Positions 20,229-29,871 of a DNA stretch of 64,000 nt are shown piece by piece. Every line of letters starts with the position of its first letter. The first letter of the stretch is position 1. The notes beneath the pieces were generated by a model. The model was not told the origin of the DNA, made no database searches, and saw nothing but the letters and a program-made list of their open reading frames with translations. The DNA comes from Flavobacteriales bacterium (GTDB taxonomy: Bacteria > Bacteroidota > Bacteroidia > Flavobacteriales_F > PHOS-HE28): the NCBI GenBank assembly GCA_016712025.1, contig JADJRW010000016.1, positions 4,794 through 68,793 on the forward strand, given 5' to 3'. Made by a program: the position numbers and the translations under genes.

Positions 20229-21067
20229 ACAGTCTCGCGCAATATGAAAGAGTATGCTTACTGGCCAGCAAACACACCACGCGCAGCTACAGCACCTCCT
20301 TCTCCCTAGGCATTCGCTCGCTGGAGCGCCGCTTCCATGACCCCATCCACGCCATCTATGGCTTTGTGCGGTTCGCGGACGAGATCGTGGACACGTTCCA
20401 TGACTTTGATAAACCTGAACTTCTGAGACGCTTCCGGGAAGACACCTACCGCGCGATCAACGAAGGGATCAGCCTCAATCCCATCCTGCACAGCTTCCAG
20501 AGCGTGGTGAACAAATATGGCGTGGAACCCGAACTCTACGACACCTTTCTGAACAGCATGGCGATGGACCTTCAGGATTCCATCCATGACCAACGCAGCT
20601 ATGAGACGTACATCCTCGGCAGTGCCGAAGTCGTTGGCCTCATGTGCCTGCGTGTTTTCTGTAACGGGGACGATGCCTATTACCAGCGCCTGAAGGGCCC
20701 GGCCATGCGTTTAGGTGCAGCCTTCCAGAAGGTGAATTTCCTGCGCGACCTGCGCGACGACCACCACAATTTGGGCCGCACCTACTTCCCCGGCGTTGAT
20801 GTGAAACGATTGACCGCTGAGGACAAGAGCAGCATAGAGGCGGACATCCAGGCGGACTTCGATGCGGCACTCGTGGGTATCCGCCAGCTACCCAAGGGCG
20901 CACGTTTCGGGGTTTATATGGCCTACATGTACTTCCTCAGCCTCTTCCGAAAGATCAAAGCCTTGCCTACGGAGCGCATCCTTTTGGAGCGGGTGCGTGT
21001 GCGCAATCGGCGCAAACTGGCGCTTCTTACCACCAGCTACCTGCGTCATAGTTTCGGACTGCTATGA
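20225..21067 (+). CDS. crtB: Phytoene synthase CrtB
   Basis: Squalene/phytoene synthase motifs: YGFVRFADEIVD and the second Asp-rich region LRDLRDD. ATGA overlap with the crtI stop. Confidence 0.9.
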   Translation: MNSLAQYERVCLLASKHTTRSYSTSFSLGIRSLERRFHDPIHAIYGFVRFADEIVDTFHDFDKPELLRRFREDTYRAINEGISLNPILHSFQSVVNKYGVEPELYDTFLNSMAMDLQDSIHDQRSYETYILGSAEVVGLMCLRVFCNGDDAYYQRLKGPAMRLGAAFQKVNFLRDLRDDHHNLGRTYFPGVDVKRLTAEDKSSIEADIQADFDAALVGIRQLPKGARFGVYMAYMYFLSLFRKIKALPTERILLERVRVRNRRKLALLTTSYLRHSFGLL

Positions 21068-21619
21068 GCAGCGCTGCCGGTCCGGAGGAGGAACTCGTTG
21101 TCTTGGTCAATGAGCGTGACGAAGCGCTGGGCACGATGGGCAAAATGGAGGCCCATCGAGGGAGGGCACTTGCACCGGGCGTTCGCGGTGTTCGTATTCG
21201 ATAGCCAAGGGCGACTTCTCTTGCAGAAGAGGGCATCGACCAAGTACCACAGTGGAGGCCTTTGGAGCAACACCTGTTGCGGGCACCCGCGCCCCGGTGA
21301 AACGCTGGAGCAGGCCGCACATCGCCGGTTGAAAGAAGAGATGGGCATCGTTGGCCATCCGAGCCCGGCGTTCTGGTTCATCTATCGCGCAACCCTACCC
21401 AACGACCTGTTCGAGCACGAATTGGATCATGTGCTCCTTGCGGAATTCGATGGACCTGTTGACCCTGCGCCGCACGAGGTTGAGCAGTGGCGCTATGTCG
21501 ATGCCAACGAGCTTGCTTCGGAACTCGCTGCTGAACCGGAGCGCTTCACGGTATGGTTGCACCTCTGCTGGCAGGACGCCCTTGCACGCTGGGTCGCGCG
21601 CACTTCCAGCGCTGCTTGA
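21064..21619 (+). CDS. idi: Isopentenyl-diphosphate delta-isomerase, type 1 (frame-disrupted near 21150-21168)
   Basis: ATGA overlap with the crtB stop. Frame 1 gives MSSAAGPEEELVVLVNERDEALGTMGKMEAH. Frame 2 (ORF 21098..) continues GGHLHRAFAVFVFDSQGRLLLQKRASTKYHSGGLWSNTCCGHPRPGE (Nudix-type Idi motifs). Confidence 0.8.
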
Positions 21620-21648
21620 CCGAGAGGGTCGAAGCTTCACCACACTGC

Positions 21649-22995
21649 ATGGAACGCCCGTCGATCGCCATTCATTGGTTCAGGCGCGACCTGCGTCTGC
21701 GTGACAACCACGGATTGTACCGGGCACTGGCCGATCACGGGAACGTCCTGCCGCTGTTCATCTTCGACACGACGATCCTGGACAAATTGGAGGATCGGCG
21801 AGATCGACGTGTTGACTTCATACATCGCGCGGTGCAGACTATGAAGACAGAACTGGAGCGCCGAGGTGCTTCGATGTTGGTCGCGCATGGGAATCCGCTG
21901 CGGATCTGGCAGGAACTTCTGGAACGGTTCGATGTGCGCGCCGTCACATTCAACCATGATCATGAACCGTACGCGATCGGCCGCGACAAAGCCGTATCGG
22001 AGCTTCTACGCGCTCGGAGCATACCGATCCACAGCTACAAGGACATCAGCATCTTCGAACGCGACGAAGTGGTCAAGGACGACGGTGATCCCTATACGGT
22101 TTTCACCCCTTATTCCCGGAAGTGGAAAGCGCACTTCAAGCCGGACATGCTCGATCCGTTCCCCAGTGAGAAACTCGCGGACCGCTACTGGCCAACCCCC
22201 TCCCTACCTTGCCCTTCGCTAGCGGACCTCGGATTCGAGGACACTGATCTGGTCACCCCATCGACAACCGTTCAGGACGACCTGTTGCGGAGTTATCACC
22301 TCACACGGGACTTGCCTGCCGTGGAAGGCACGAGCCGAATGAGCACGCATCTCCGGTTCGGTACCGTGAGCGTTCGTGGACTCATGCGCAAGGCCATGGC
22401 GACCAGCTCGAAATACGCGGACGAGCTGATCTGGCGTGAGTTCTACATGCAAGTGCTCTGGCACTGCCCTCACGCAGCGGTGCGTGCGATCAAACCGGCC
22501 TACGATAGTATCGCCTGGCGGAACAACGAAGATGAATTCGGGGCGTGGTGCGAAGGCCGCACGGGCTATCCCCTAGTAGACGCCGGCATGCGTGAACTGC
22601 TCGCCACCGGGTTGATGCATAACCGGGTGCGGATGGTGGTGGCGAGTTTCCTCACGAAACACCTCCTGATCGACTGGCGGTGGGGAGAGGCATGGTTCGC
22701 TGCCAAACTCCTGGACTTCGAACTGAGCAGCAACAACGGCGGCTGGCAGTGGGCCTCTGGTTCCGGGTGCGATGCCGCACCCTACTTCCGGATCTTCAAC
22801 CCCCACCTGCAGCTCCAGCGTTTCGATCCGCAGTTAAAATATGTGAAGCGATGGGTACCGGAACACGGTTCGGCAAACTATGTGCAGCAGGTGGTCGTTC
22901 ATGAAGTAGCCCGCGAACGCGCTCTTGAGGCCTACAAACTGGCCCTCAAGGGAGACGTCGGGCGAACCGAACGACAACCTAATTTGTTCTCCTAG
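21649..22995 (+). CDS. Deoxyribodipyrimidine photolyase / cryptochrome-family flavoprotein
   Basis: From MERPSIAIHWFRRDLRLRDNHGLYRAL. C-terminal FAD-binding pattern WREFY..., TGYPLVDAGMRELLATGLMHNRVRMVVASFL, DWRWGE, GGWQWASGSG. Confidence 0.9.
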   Translation: MERPSIAIHWFRRDLRLRDNHGLYRALADHGNVLPLFIFDTTILDKLEDRRDRRVDFIHRAVQTMKTELERRGASMLVAHGNPLRIWQELLERFDVRAVTFNHDHEPYAIGRDKAVSELLRARSIPIHSYKDISIFERDEVVKDDGDPYTVFTPYSRKWKAHFKPDMLDPFPSEKLADRYWPTPSLPCPSLADLGFEDTDLVTPSTTVQDDLLRSYHLTRDLPAVEGTSRMSTHLRFGTVSVRGLMRKAMATSSKYADELIWREFYMQVLWHCPHAAVRAIKPAYDSIAWRNNEDEFGAWCEGRTGYPLVDAGMRELLATGLMHNRVRMVVASFLTKHLLIDWRWGEAWFAAKLLDFELSSNNGGWQWASGSGCDAAPYFRIFNPHLQLQRFDPQLKYVKRWVPEHGSANYVQQVVVHEVARERALEAYKLALKGDVGRTERQPNLFS

Positions 22996-22998
22996 CAC

Positions 22999-23157
22999 AT
23001 GCCACGTAGAAAAAAGCTGATCCTCACCCAACCGGTGAAGGAAGGCCTCAAACAGATAAAGGTCCGATTGGATGCACGTACCGTGATCACCCTGGCCAGC
23101 CTGAAAGCCTTGGAGTTCTGGAAACAGCGCTACCCGAAAGCCGAAGTCATTGGATAG
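22999..23157 (+). CDS. Small hypothetical protein (52 aa; too short for the ORF track)
   Basis: MPRRKKLILTQPVKEGLKQIKVRLDARTVITLASLKALEFWKQRYPKAEVIG. Starts 3 nt after the photolyase stop and ends 4 nt before the next ATG. Mostly G/C-ending codons. Confidence 0.4.
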   Translation: MPRRKKLILTQPVKEGLKQIKVRLDARTVITLASLKALEFWKQRYPKAEVIG

Positions 23158-23161
23158 GCCT

Positions 23162-23647
23162 ATGGGTGTCCACCTCTTGGAACGCGAGCAAGTCTTGGAA
23201 GTGGACATCGCGGAGGCATGGGCCTTCTTCAGCTCACCGCGCAACCTTGGCTTGATCACTCCCAGCTATATGCGCTTCTGTATTCGTGCGCCGTTCGATG
23301 ACCGACCAGCGCACAGCGGGCAATTGATCACCTATACAGTGCAGCCCCTCATGGGCATACCGCTCACTTGGATCACGCGCATCGAAGAAGTGGTTCCGGG
23401 TCAGCAATTCGTGGATACGCAACGCAAAGGCCCTTTCAAGCGCTGGAGGCATCTGCACCGATTCGAGGCGGTGACAGGAGGTACTTTGATGCACGACCAT
23501 GTCGCATACGAGCTGCCGCTCGGTGCTATAGGGGAACTGGCCCACAAACTCGCTGTCCGCGCCAGGATCGAGGGCATCTTCGCGTATCGCGAACGCGTTC
23601 TTCCGGGATTGGTGCAGCGGATAAAGACCAAAGGCCTGCCAAACTAG
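23162..23647 (+). CDS. SRPBCC (START/cyclase-dehydrase-like) family protein
   Basis: 161 aa. WAFFSSPRNLGLITP ... FVDTQRKGPFKRWRHLHRFE pattern, which I recall as typical of SRPBCC proteins found next to photolyases. Confidence 0.7.
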   Translation: MGVHLLEREQVLEVDIAEAWAFFSSPRNLGLITPSYMRFCIRAPFDDRPAHSGQLITYTVQPLMGIPLTWITRIEEVVPGQQFVDTQRKGPFKRWRHLHRFEAVTGGTLMHDHVAYELPLGAIGELAHKLAVRARIEGIFAYRERVLPGLVQRIKTKGLPN

Positions 23648-23751
23648 AAGCAACGCAGACTAACTGCGGATCGAACAGCGTACTGTTAGTGCCCATCGGT
23701 CCCACAGATGTGCGCTGGGCACACGCGGCTAGATTTGCGCTCCGATCCCGC

Positions 23752-24552
23752 ATGGGCCTTTCGATGAGCGACCACTTGCAGCGCGTTGGCAGCTACCTGA
23801 ACCACTTGGTGAAGGCGCGAACAGCGCATGGGGTCCATTCACCGTTCGTGTATGAACTGGTTACCCAAGTTATCCGCGAGCGGGCGGCACTTCCTGAGTT
23901 CGCGGCGATCGAGCGATTGCGCGAAGACCTTTGGGAGAGCGACCAGACCATTCGTGTCAATGATCTGGGCGCTGGATCCCGGGTGCTGGACCTACCTGTG
24001 CGCGGTGTTGCTGACATGGCCCGATCGGCAATGAAACCAGCGCGCCAAGGCCAGTTGTTGTTCCGTCTCGCGCGGTATTTCCGGCCGCGGACCGTGTTGG
24101 AACTTGGCACCTCGTTCGGCATCTCCACGCTCTACTTGGCCATGGGCGCCGACGAGGGCGAGGTGACCACCATCGAGGGATGTCCGCAGACCTATCGCAT
24201 CGCCCAACATCATTTCGACCAGATGCGCTGCGGCACCATACATCCCCACTTGGGAAGCTTCAAAACCCAGTTACCGGAGGTCCTCAAGCGACTTGATCAT
24301 GTCGACCTGGTCTTCTTCGATGGCCACCACTTGAAAGAGCCGACCCTGGACTATTTCATGATGTGCATGGAACACACATCCAGCGGCAGCGTGCTCGTCT
24401 TCGATGATATCCATTGGAGCCGGGGTATGGAGGAGGCTTGGGAAGTTGTGAAAGCCCACCCCCGCGTTACTGTGACCATCGATCTGTACGACATGGGACT
24501 TGTGTTCCTTCGCACAGAGCAGGCAACGCAGCACTTCCGGATCCGTTACTAG
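23752..24552 (+). CDS. Class I SAM-dependent methyltransferase (O-methyltransferase-like)
   Basis: VLELGTSFGISTLYLA (motif I), DLVFFDGHH, VLVFDDIHWS. The start is uncertain (ATG at 23752 or 23764). The longer ORF from 23368 is R/P-rich and overlaps the SRPBCC gene. Confidence 0.75.
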   Translation: MGLSMSDHLQRVGSYLNHLVKARTAHGVHSPFVYELVTQVIRERAALPEFAAIERLREDLWESDQTIRVNDLGAGSRVLDLPVRGVADMARSAMKPARQGQLLFRLARYFRPRTVLELGTSFGISTLYLAMGADEGEVTTIEGCPQTYRIAQHHFDQMRCGTIHPHLGSFKTQLPEVLKRLDHVDLVFFDGHHLKEPTLDYFMMCMEHTSSGSVLVFDDIHWSRGMEEAWEVVKAHPRVTVTIDLYDMGLVFLRTEQATQHFRIRY

Positions 24553-24677
24553 CCGGACGGACGCGCACTAGGCGACCGTCCAGTACCTTCGAGCATGTCG
24601 AGACCGAATATCCGCTTCAAAGACGGGGAGAACACGTGGCGGCTACATTCGCCGCCAGGGTCACTGACCGATCCATT

Positions 24678-25229
24678 ATGAAGATCTACACACGCACCGG
24701 AGATAAGGGCACCACGGGGCTCCTCGGCGGCACGCGCGTATCGAAGGACCATGTGCGCATTGAAGCATATGGTACCGTGGATGAATTGAACAGCCATCTC
24801 GGGATGTTGCGCGATCTGGCAGGCGCGGGCCGAAAAGAGCTTCTTACCCGCATCCAGGAAACGCTCTTCGCATTGGGGTCTCGTCTGGCATCGGGCTCTG
24901 ACACGGAAGCGGACCTTTTCAAAGTTCCGCCCATCACAGATGCCGATGTGGAGGCGCTCGAAGAGGCAATGGATGCAATGGACAAGGACCTACCCGCAAT
25001 GCGGAACTTCATCCTTCCCGGCGGGCATCCAGTCGTATCGCAGGCACACATCTGCCGGACGGTATGCCGACGAGCGGAACGACGGATGGTGCAACTGGCC
25101 GAACAAGAGCCGGTTCCCGAGGTGCTGGTGCGTTATGTGAACCGGCTGAGCGATCTCCTGTTCATGCTGGCACGCCACCTGGGGCATGAACTCGGTGTGC
25201 CCGAGACCCCCTGGAAGCCGCAGGGATGA
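24678..25229 (+). CDS. ATP:cob(I)alamin adenosyltransferase, PduO type
   Basis: MKIYTRTGDKGTTGL..G.RVSKD..RIEAYGTVDELNS is the canonical N-terminus. 183 aa. Confidence 0.9.
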   Translation: MKIYTRTGDKGTTGLLGGTRVSKDHVRIEAYGTVDELNSHLGMLRDLAGAGRKELLTRIQETLFALGSRLASGSDTEADLFKVPPITDADVEALEEAMDAMDKDLPAMRNFILPGGHPVVSQAHICRTVCRRAERRMVQLAEQEPVPEVLVRYVNRLSDLLFMLARHLGHELGVPETPWKPQG

Positions 25230-25346
25230 GGCAACAGCTGGGGATCGAACGGGCCGTTCGGGCACCGGTGGATAACTCGCCGCAGCCCGCATCACGATCC
25301 GGTTATATTTGCGCCCGTTTTACCGAAACCTGCAACCCGCGCCGCG

Positions 25347-25568
25347 ATGTATTGGACCCTTGAACTGGCCTCGTATTTAGAGGATGCCCCCTGGCCCGCC
25401 ACCAAGGACGAGCTGATCGATTTCGCTATGCGCACGGGTGCTCCGCTGGAAGTGGTGGAGAACCTCCAAGCCATCGAGGATGATGAGGAAGTGTTCGAAA
25501 GCATCGAGGATATCTGGCCGGACTACCCCAGCAAGGAGGACTTCTTCTTCAACGAGGACGAGTACTGA
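25347..25568 (+). CDS. DUF2795-like small acidic protein
   Basis: 73 aa. LASYLEDAPWPATKDELIDFAMRTGAPLEVVENLQAIEDD pattern. Confidence 0.65.
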   Translation: MYWTLELASYLEDAPWPATKDELIDFAMRTGAPLEVVENLQAIEDDEEVFESIEDIWPDYPSKEDFFFNEDEY

Positions 25569-25593
25569 CCCAAGGGACAAAGCTGCTTCGAAG

Positions 25594-25617
25594 AGCCTCC
25601 TGCCGGGAGGCTTTTTC
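25594..25617 (+). terminator. Rho-independent terminator
   Basis: AGCCTCC-tgccg-GGAGGCT hairpin followed by TTTTCGTT, 26 nt after the stop at 25568. Confidence 0.55.
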
Positions 25618-25744
25618 GTTCACCTGACAGGCTGTCCGGCGGGTCCACCCGGCATGGTCCGTGCTCCTCGCGGGACCGCTAACTTCGCACCCCTTCGCGA
25701 TGGGCCCACTGTGAGCGGCCCTCCCCCCAACGCCCCCTCCCACC

Positions 25745-28700
25745 ATGCTCGGTGTATTCAACAAAGCGATCAAGTCCATTTTCGGAGACAAAGCCACACG
25801 TGACCTGAAGGAAGTGACCCCACTGATCGAGCAGGTCAAGGTGCAATACGCCAAGCTCGCCGCGCTGGACCATGACGGCCTGCGTGCCCGCAGCAATGCC
25901 CTGCGTGGGCTGATCCGGGAGCGCGTTCGCACGGAAGAAGACCGTCAACAAGCGATACGGGCCGAGATCGATGCCGATCCGCATATGGACATCCACGCCC
26001 GAGAGGCGCGGTACGAGGAGATCGACACGCTGGAGAGCGCCATTATTAAGCGCATGGAGGAAGTGTTACTTGAGATCCTGCCCGAAGCCTTCGCCATCAT
26101 CAAGGATACAGCCCGACGCTTCAAAGAGGACAAAGAACTCCGCGTAACAGCCACTGACCATGATCGGAACCTCGCCACCACACGGGATAGTGTTGTCGTG
26201 GAGGGCGACAAGGCCATTTGGAAGAGCACCTGGATGGCCGCAGGTAACCCGACGACCTGGGATATGGTCCACTACGACGTCCAGCTGATCGGAGGCGTCG
26301 CACTGCATAGTGGCAAGATCGCCGAGATGGGAACCGGTGAGGGCAAGACCCTTGTAGCCACGCTTCCGGTATTCCTGAACGCGCTCGCTGGCCGAGGTGT
26401 GCATGTGGTCACGGTGAACGACTATCTGAGCAAGCGGGACAGTGAGTGGATGGGCCCGATCTATGAGTTCCACGGCCTCACGGTGGATTGCATCGACAAG
26501 CACCAGCCCAACAGCACGGAGCGCAGACAGGCCTACCTGGCCGACATCACGTTCGGCACCAACAACGAGTTCGGCTTCGACTACCTGCGCGATAACATGG
26601 CGCATGCACCATCGGCACAAGTGCAACGCAAACACCACTTCGCGATCGTGGATGAAGTGGACAGTGTATTGATCGACGACGCCCGCACCCCGCTCATCAT
26701 CAGCGGCCCAACCCCGAAGGGTGAAATACACCAGTTCGATGAGTACAAGCCCAGGGTTGAAAGGCTCTACGCGGCACAACGCCAACTGGTGACGAAGCTC
26801 CTGGCCGAAGCCAAGGAAGCCCTAAAAGGTCTTGGGGATGGTGTCCCGTCCAAGGAACAATTGGAGAAGGGCGGTATCGCGCTGCTGCGCGCGCACCGTG
26901 GGCTGCCCAAGAACAATGCGCTCATCAAGTTCCTCAGCGAATCCGGTGTGCGTGCCCACCTGCAGAAGACAGAGAACTTCTACATGCAGGACCAGAGCAA
27001 GGATATGCCGAAGGTGGACCTGGAGCTCTTCTTCGTGATCGAGGAGAAACAGAACCAGATCGAACTCACCGAGAAAGGCGTGGACCTTATCAGCGGCGAT
27101 GTGCAGGACACGCACTTCTTCATCATGCCCGATGTGGGAGCCACAATAGCGGAGATCGAAAAAAGCGGCGCGTCCGTGGAGGAGAAAGCCAGGCGGAAGG
27201 ACGAACTGCTGCGCGACTTCGCCATCAAGAGCGAACGCATCCACACGGTGAACCAGCTTATCCGTGCCTACACACTCTTCGAGAAGGACGTGGAGTACGT
27301 GGTGATGGACGGCAAGGTGAAGATCGTGGACGAGCAGACAGGCCGCATCATGGAGGGCCGTCGGTACAGCGACGGGCTGCATCAGGCCATTGAGAGCAAG
27401 GAAAGCGTGAAGGTGGAAGCCGCGACGCAGACCTATGCGACCATCACCCTGCAGAACTACTTCCGCATGTACCACAAGCTGGCGGGTATGACCGGAACGG
27501 CGGAAACCGAGGCACAGGAGCTGTGGGATATCTACAAATTGGATGTGATGTCCATCCCCACCAACCGCCCCGTGGTGCGGACCGACAATGAGGATATGGT
27601 CTTCAAGACGAAGCGGGAGAAATACACCGCGGTGATCGACGAGATCGCGAAACTGCAGGAAGCCAACCGGCCGGTGCTGGTGGGCACCACCAGCGTGGAA
27701 GTGAGCGAGTTGATGAGCAAGATGCTCACCATGCGCAACATCAAACACAATGTGTTGAACGCGAAGCAGCACGCTCGCGAGGCCGAGATCGTGGCCCAAG
27801 CTGGACTTCCCGGCACCGTGACCATCGCCACCAACATGGCCGGTCGAGGTACGGACATCAAGTTGGGACCTGGGGTGAAAGAAGCCGGCGGCCTCGCCAT
27901 CATAGGCACCGAGAAACACGAAAGCCGTCGTGTGGACCGGCAGCTAAGGGGCCGCAGCGGACGGCAGGGCGACCCGGGGTCCTCGCAATTCTACATCAGC
28001 CTGGAGGACGACCTGATGCGCCTGTTCGGCAGCGAACGCATCGCCAAGCTCATGGACACGCTCGGCCTGAAGGAGGGAGAAGTGATCCAGCACGCGATGG
28101 TGACGCGCAGTATCGAACGCGCCCAGAAGAAGGTGGAGGAGAACAACTTCGGCACCCGCAAACGCCTGCTTGAATATGATGATGTAATGAACAGCCAGCG
28201 CACGGTGATCTACAACCGGCGCAACCACGCGCTTTTCGGCGAACGGCTGAAGCTGGACATCTTGAACATGTTCAATGATGTGGGACAGGCCACGGTGACC
28301 CAGCACCACGACACCGGCGATTTTGAAGGCTACCAGCTGGAACTGTACCGTCGTCTGCACTGCGAAAGTCCGGTGGGCGCCGAAGAGTTCAGCAAGATCG
28401 ACCCTGACAAGTTGGTGGAGCAAGTATTCGAAGCGGCCATGAGCACCTACGAAAGGCGCGGGGCCAAACTGGCGCAGCAGGCGTTGCCCGTGATCAGCGA
28501 TGTCTACCTCAACCAAGGGGCACAATACGAGAACATCGTAGTACCGATCACCGACGGTATCCGCACCATGCAGGTGGTTACCAATTTGGAGAAGTGCTAC
28601 CGAAGCGAAGGACGCGAGTTGATCGGCAGCATAGAGAAGTACATCACCCTGGCGATCATCGACAACGAATGGAAGGAGCACTTGCGCGAAATGGACGAAT

Positions 28701-29122
28701 TGCGCCGGAACGTGCAGAACGCCAGCATCGAGCAGAAAGATCCCCTGTTGATCTATAAGTTGGAGAGCTTCAACCTCTTTAAAGCCATGATGGAGAAGTT
28801 GAACGGCGATGTGGTGGGCTTTCTGGCCGGTGCAGGATTGCCTTCGGCCCAACCCAACGTGCAACAGGCCCAGGCCCCACGCGCACCGCAGCAAAAACTA
28901 CAGACCAGCCGCACGGACGTTCCGCAGTACGCAGGCACCAGCAGTAGCGGAGCCCCTGCTCCTCGACCCGCAGGTCCGGCGCATCGCCAACCGTCTTCAC
29001 ACTCCGGGCCGGTGCCGCGCCAAGTGCAGCCGGTACGCGTGGAGAAGAAAGCGGGCCGCAACGATCCCTGCCCATGTGGAAGCGGGAAAAAATTCAAACA
29101 GTGCCACGGTAAAGAAGCCTGA
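25745..29122 (+). CDS. secA: Preprotein translocase ATPase SecA
   Basis: 1,125 aa. Walker [47 protein letters not shown], and the C-terminal zinc motif [15 protein letters not shown]. Confidence 0.97.
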   Translation: MLGVFNKAIKSIFGDKATRDLKEVTPLIEQVKVQYAKLAALDHDGLRARSNALRGLIRERVRTEEDRQQAIRAEIDADPHMDIHAREARYEEIDTLESAIIKRMEEVLLEILPEAFAIIKDTARRFKEDKELRVTATDHDRNLATTRDSVVVEGDKAIWKSTWMAAGNPTTWDMVHYDVQLIGGVALHSGKIAEMGTGEGKTLVATLPVFLNALAGRGVHVVTVNDYLSKRDSEWMGPIYEFHGLTVDCIDKHQPNSTERRQAYLADITFGTNNEFGFDYLRDNMAHAPSAQVQRKHHFAIVDEVDSVLIDDARTPLIISGPTPKGEIHQFDEYKPRVERLYAAQRQLVTKLLAEAKEALKGLGDGVPSKEQLEKGGIALLRAHRGLPKNNALIKFLSESGVRAHLQKTENFYMQDQSKDMPKVDLELFFVIEEKQNQIELTEKGVDLISGDVQDTHFFIMPDVGATIAEIEKSGASVEEKARRKDELLRDFAIKSERIHTVNQLIRAYTLFEKDVEYVVMDGKVKIVDEQTGRIMEGRRYSDGLHQAIESKESVKVEAATQTYATITLQNYFRMYHKLAGMTGTAETEAQELWDIYKLDVMSIPTNRPVVRTDNEDMVFKTKREKYTAVIDEIAKLQEANRPVLVGTTSVEVSELMSKMLTMRNIKHNVLNAKQHAREAEIVAQAGLPGTVTIATNMAGRGTDIKLGPGVKEAGGLAIIGTEKHESRRVDRQLRGRSGRQGDPGSSQFYISLEDDLMRLFGSERIAKLMDTLGLKEGEVIQHAMVTRSIERAQKKVEENNFGTRKRLLEYDDVMNSQRTVIYNRRNHALFGERLKLDILNMFNDVGQATVTQHHDTGDFEGYQLELYRRLHCESPVGAEEFSKIDPDKLVEQVFEAAMSTYERRGAKLAQQALPVISDVYLNQGAQYENIVVPITDGIRTMQVVTNLEKCYRSEGRELIGSIEKYITLAIIDNEWKEHLREMDELRRNVQNASIEQKDPLLIYKLESFNLFKAMMEKLNGDVVGFLAGAGLPSAQPNVQQAQAPRAPQQKLQTSRTDVPQYAGTSSSGAPAPRPAGPAHRQPSSHSGPVPRQVQPVRVEKKAGRNDPCPCGSGKKFKQCHGKEA

Positions 29123-29800
29123 GGGACCACTTGCCGGAACAAAGCGACCCTTGTCCATGCCCGGCGCCCACGGTGAGCTGCCCTTCAAGGCATCCACCAC
29201 ACGTTGGTCCAAGCTCTCGTTCTCGCCCTCCAGCACCTTCACTTCGGAGAGATTCCCATCCCGCTCCACCGTTACGGTCGCGAGCACTTCACCTTTCGCT
29301 CGGGTGTCGTCCGTGGTCACCTTGGAGCGGATGTACTTGACCAGTGCCTTTTCACCGCCGGGATAGCGGGGCATCGTCTCCGCGCGGGTATACAGGATAT
29401 TGGCCAGCGCATCGGGTTCGTAGACCTTTTCAGCCAATTCGCGGCCCCATTGATCGTAGCGTTGCCAGACACCGCTCTTCAATCCCTCCGTGAAATCACC
29501 TGTGCTCTCCACCTTCCCGTTGGGATGGTAGAATACGAAGTGACCATGCGGCACACCGAGTTGGGGGTCCGCATATCGGCCCTCGGAGAGCAGCTTCTTC
29601 TTGACAGAATAGGTACGGCCCAGGTAATACGCCCCTTCCATGCCTTCCAACACGCGGTAGTAAGATGCCTTGCCCTTGGTGGTCACCTCCAGTTGGCCGT
29701 TCAGGTATACCGGCTCCGGGGTCTGTCCGGCCGCAGTGGGCTCGGCCACCAGCGCGGTGAATACGATGGCGATAAAAGCGTGTGGCAAGTGGCGTTTCAC
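28997..29800 (-). CDS. MORN-variant repeat + TonB C-terminal domain protein (3-prime end uncertain)
   Basis: GTG start giving the signal peptide [53 protein letters not shown] (MORN-like). [22 protein letters not shown]...[19 protein letters not shown] (TonB_C). The ORF runs 126 nt antisense into secA. Confidence 0.65.
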   Translation of the reverse strand: MKRHLPHAFIAIVFTALVAEPTAAGQTPEPVYLNGQLEVTTKGKASYYRVLEGMEGAYYLGRTYSVKKKLLSEGRYADPQLGVPHGHFVFYHPNGKVESTGDFTEGLKSGVWQRYDQWGRELAEKVYEPDALANILYTRAETMPRYPGGEKALVKYIRSKVTTDDTRAKGEVLATVTVERDGNLSEVKVLEGENESLDQRVVDALKGSSPWAPGMDKGRFVPASGPSGFFTVALFEFFPASTWAGIVAARFLLHAYRLHLARHRPGV

Positions 29801-29871
29801 AGTGATGTAGGGTTCCGGGAAGACCGGACCGACACCTGATACGGGGCACGGCAAGCAGAGTTACACAACCA

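Noticed and set aside
24553-24677. Possible cobalamin riboswitch upstream of the cob(I)alamin adenosyltransferase gene
   Set aside because: The spacer is only ~125 nt, and I cannot find a B12-box-like core or the expected multi-stem layout.
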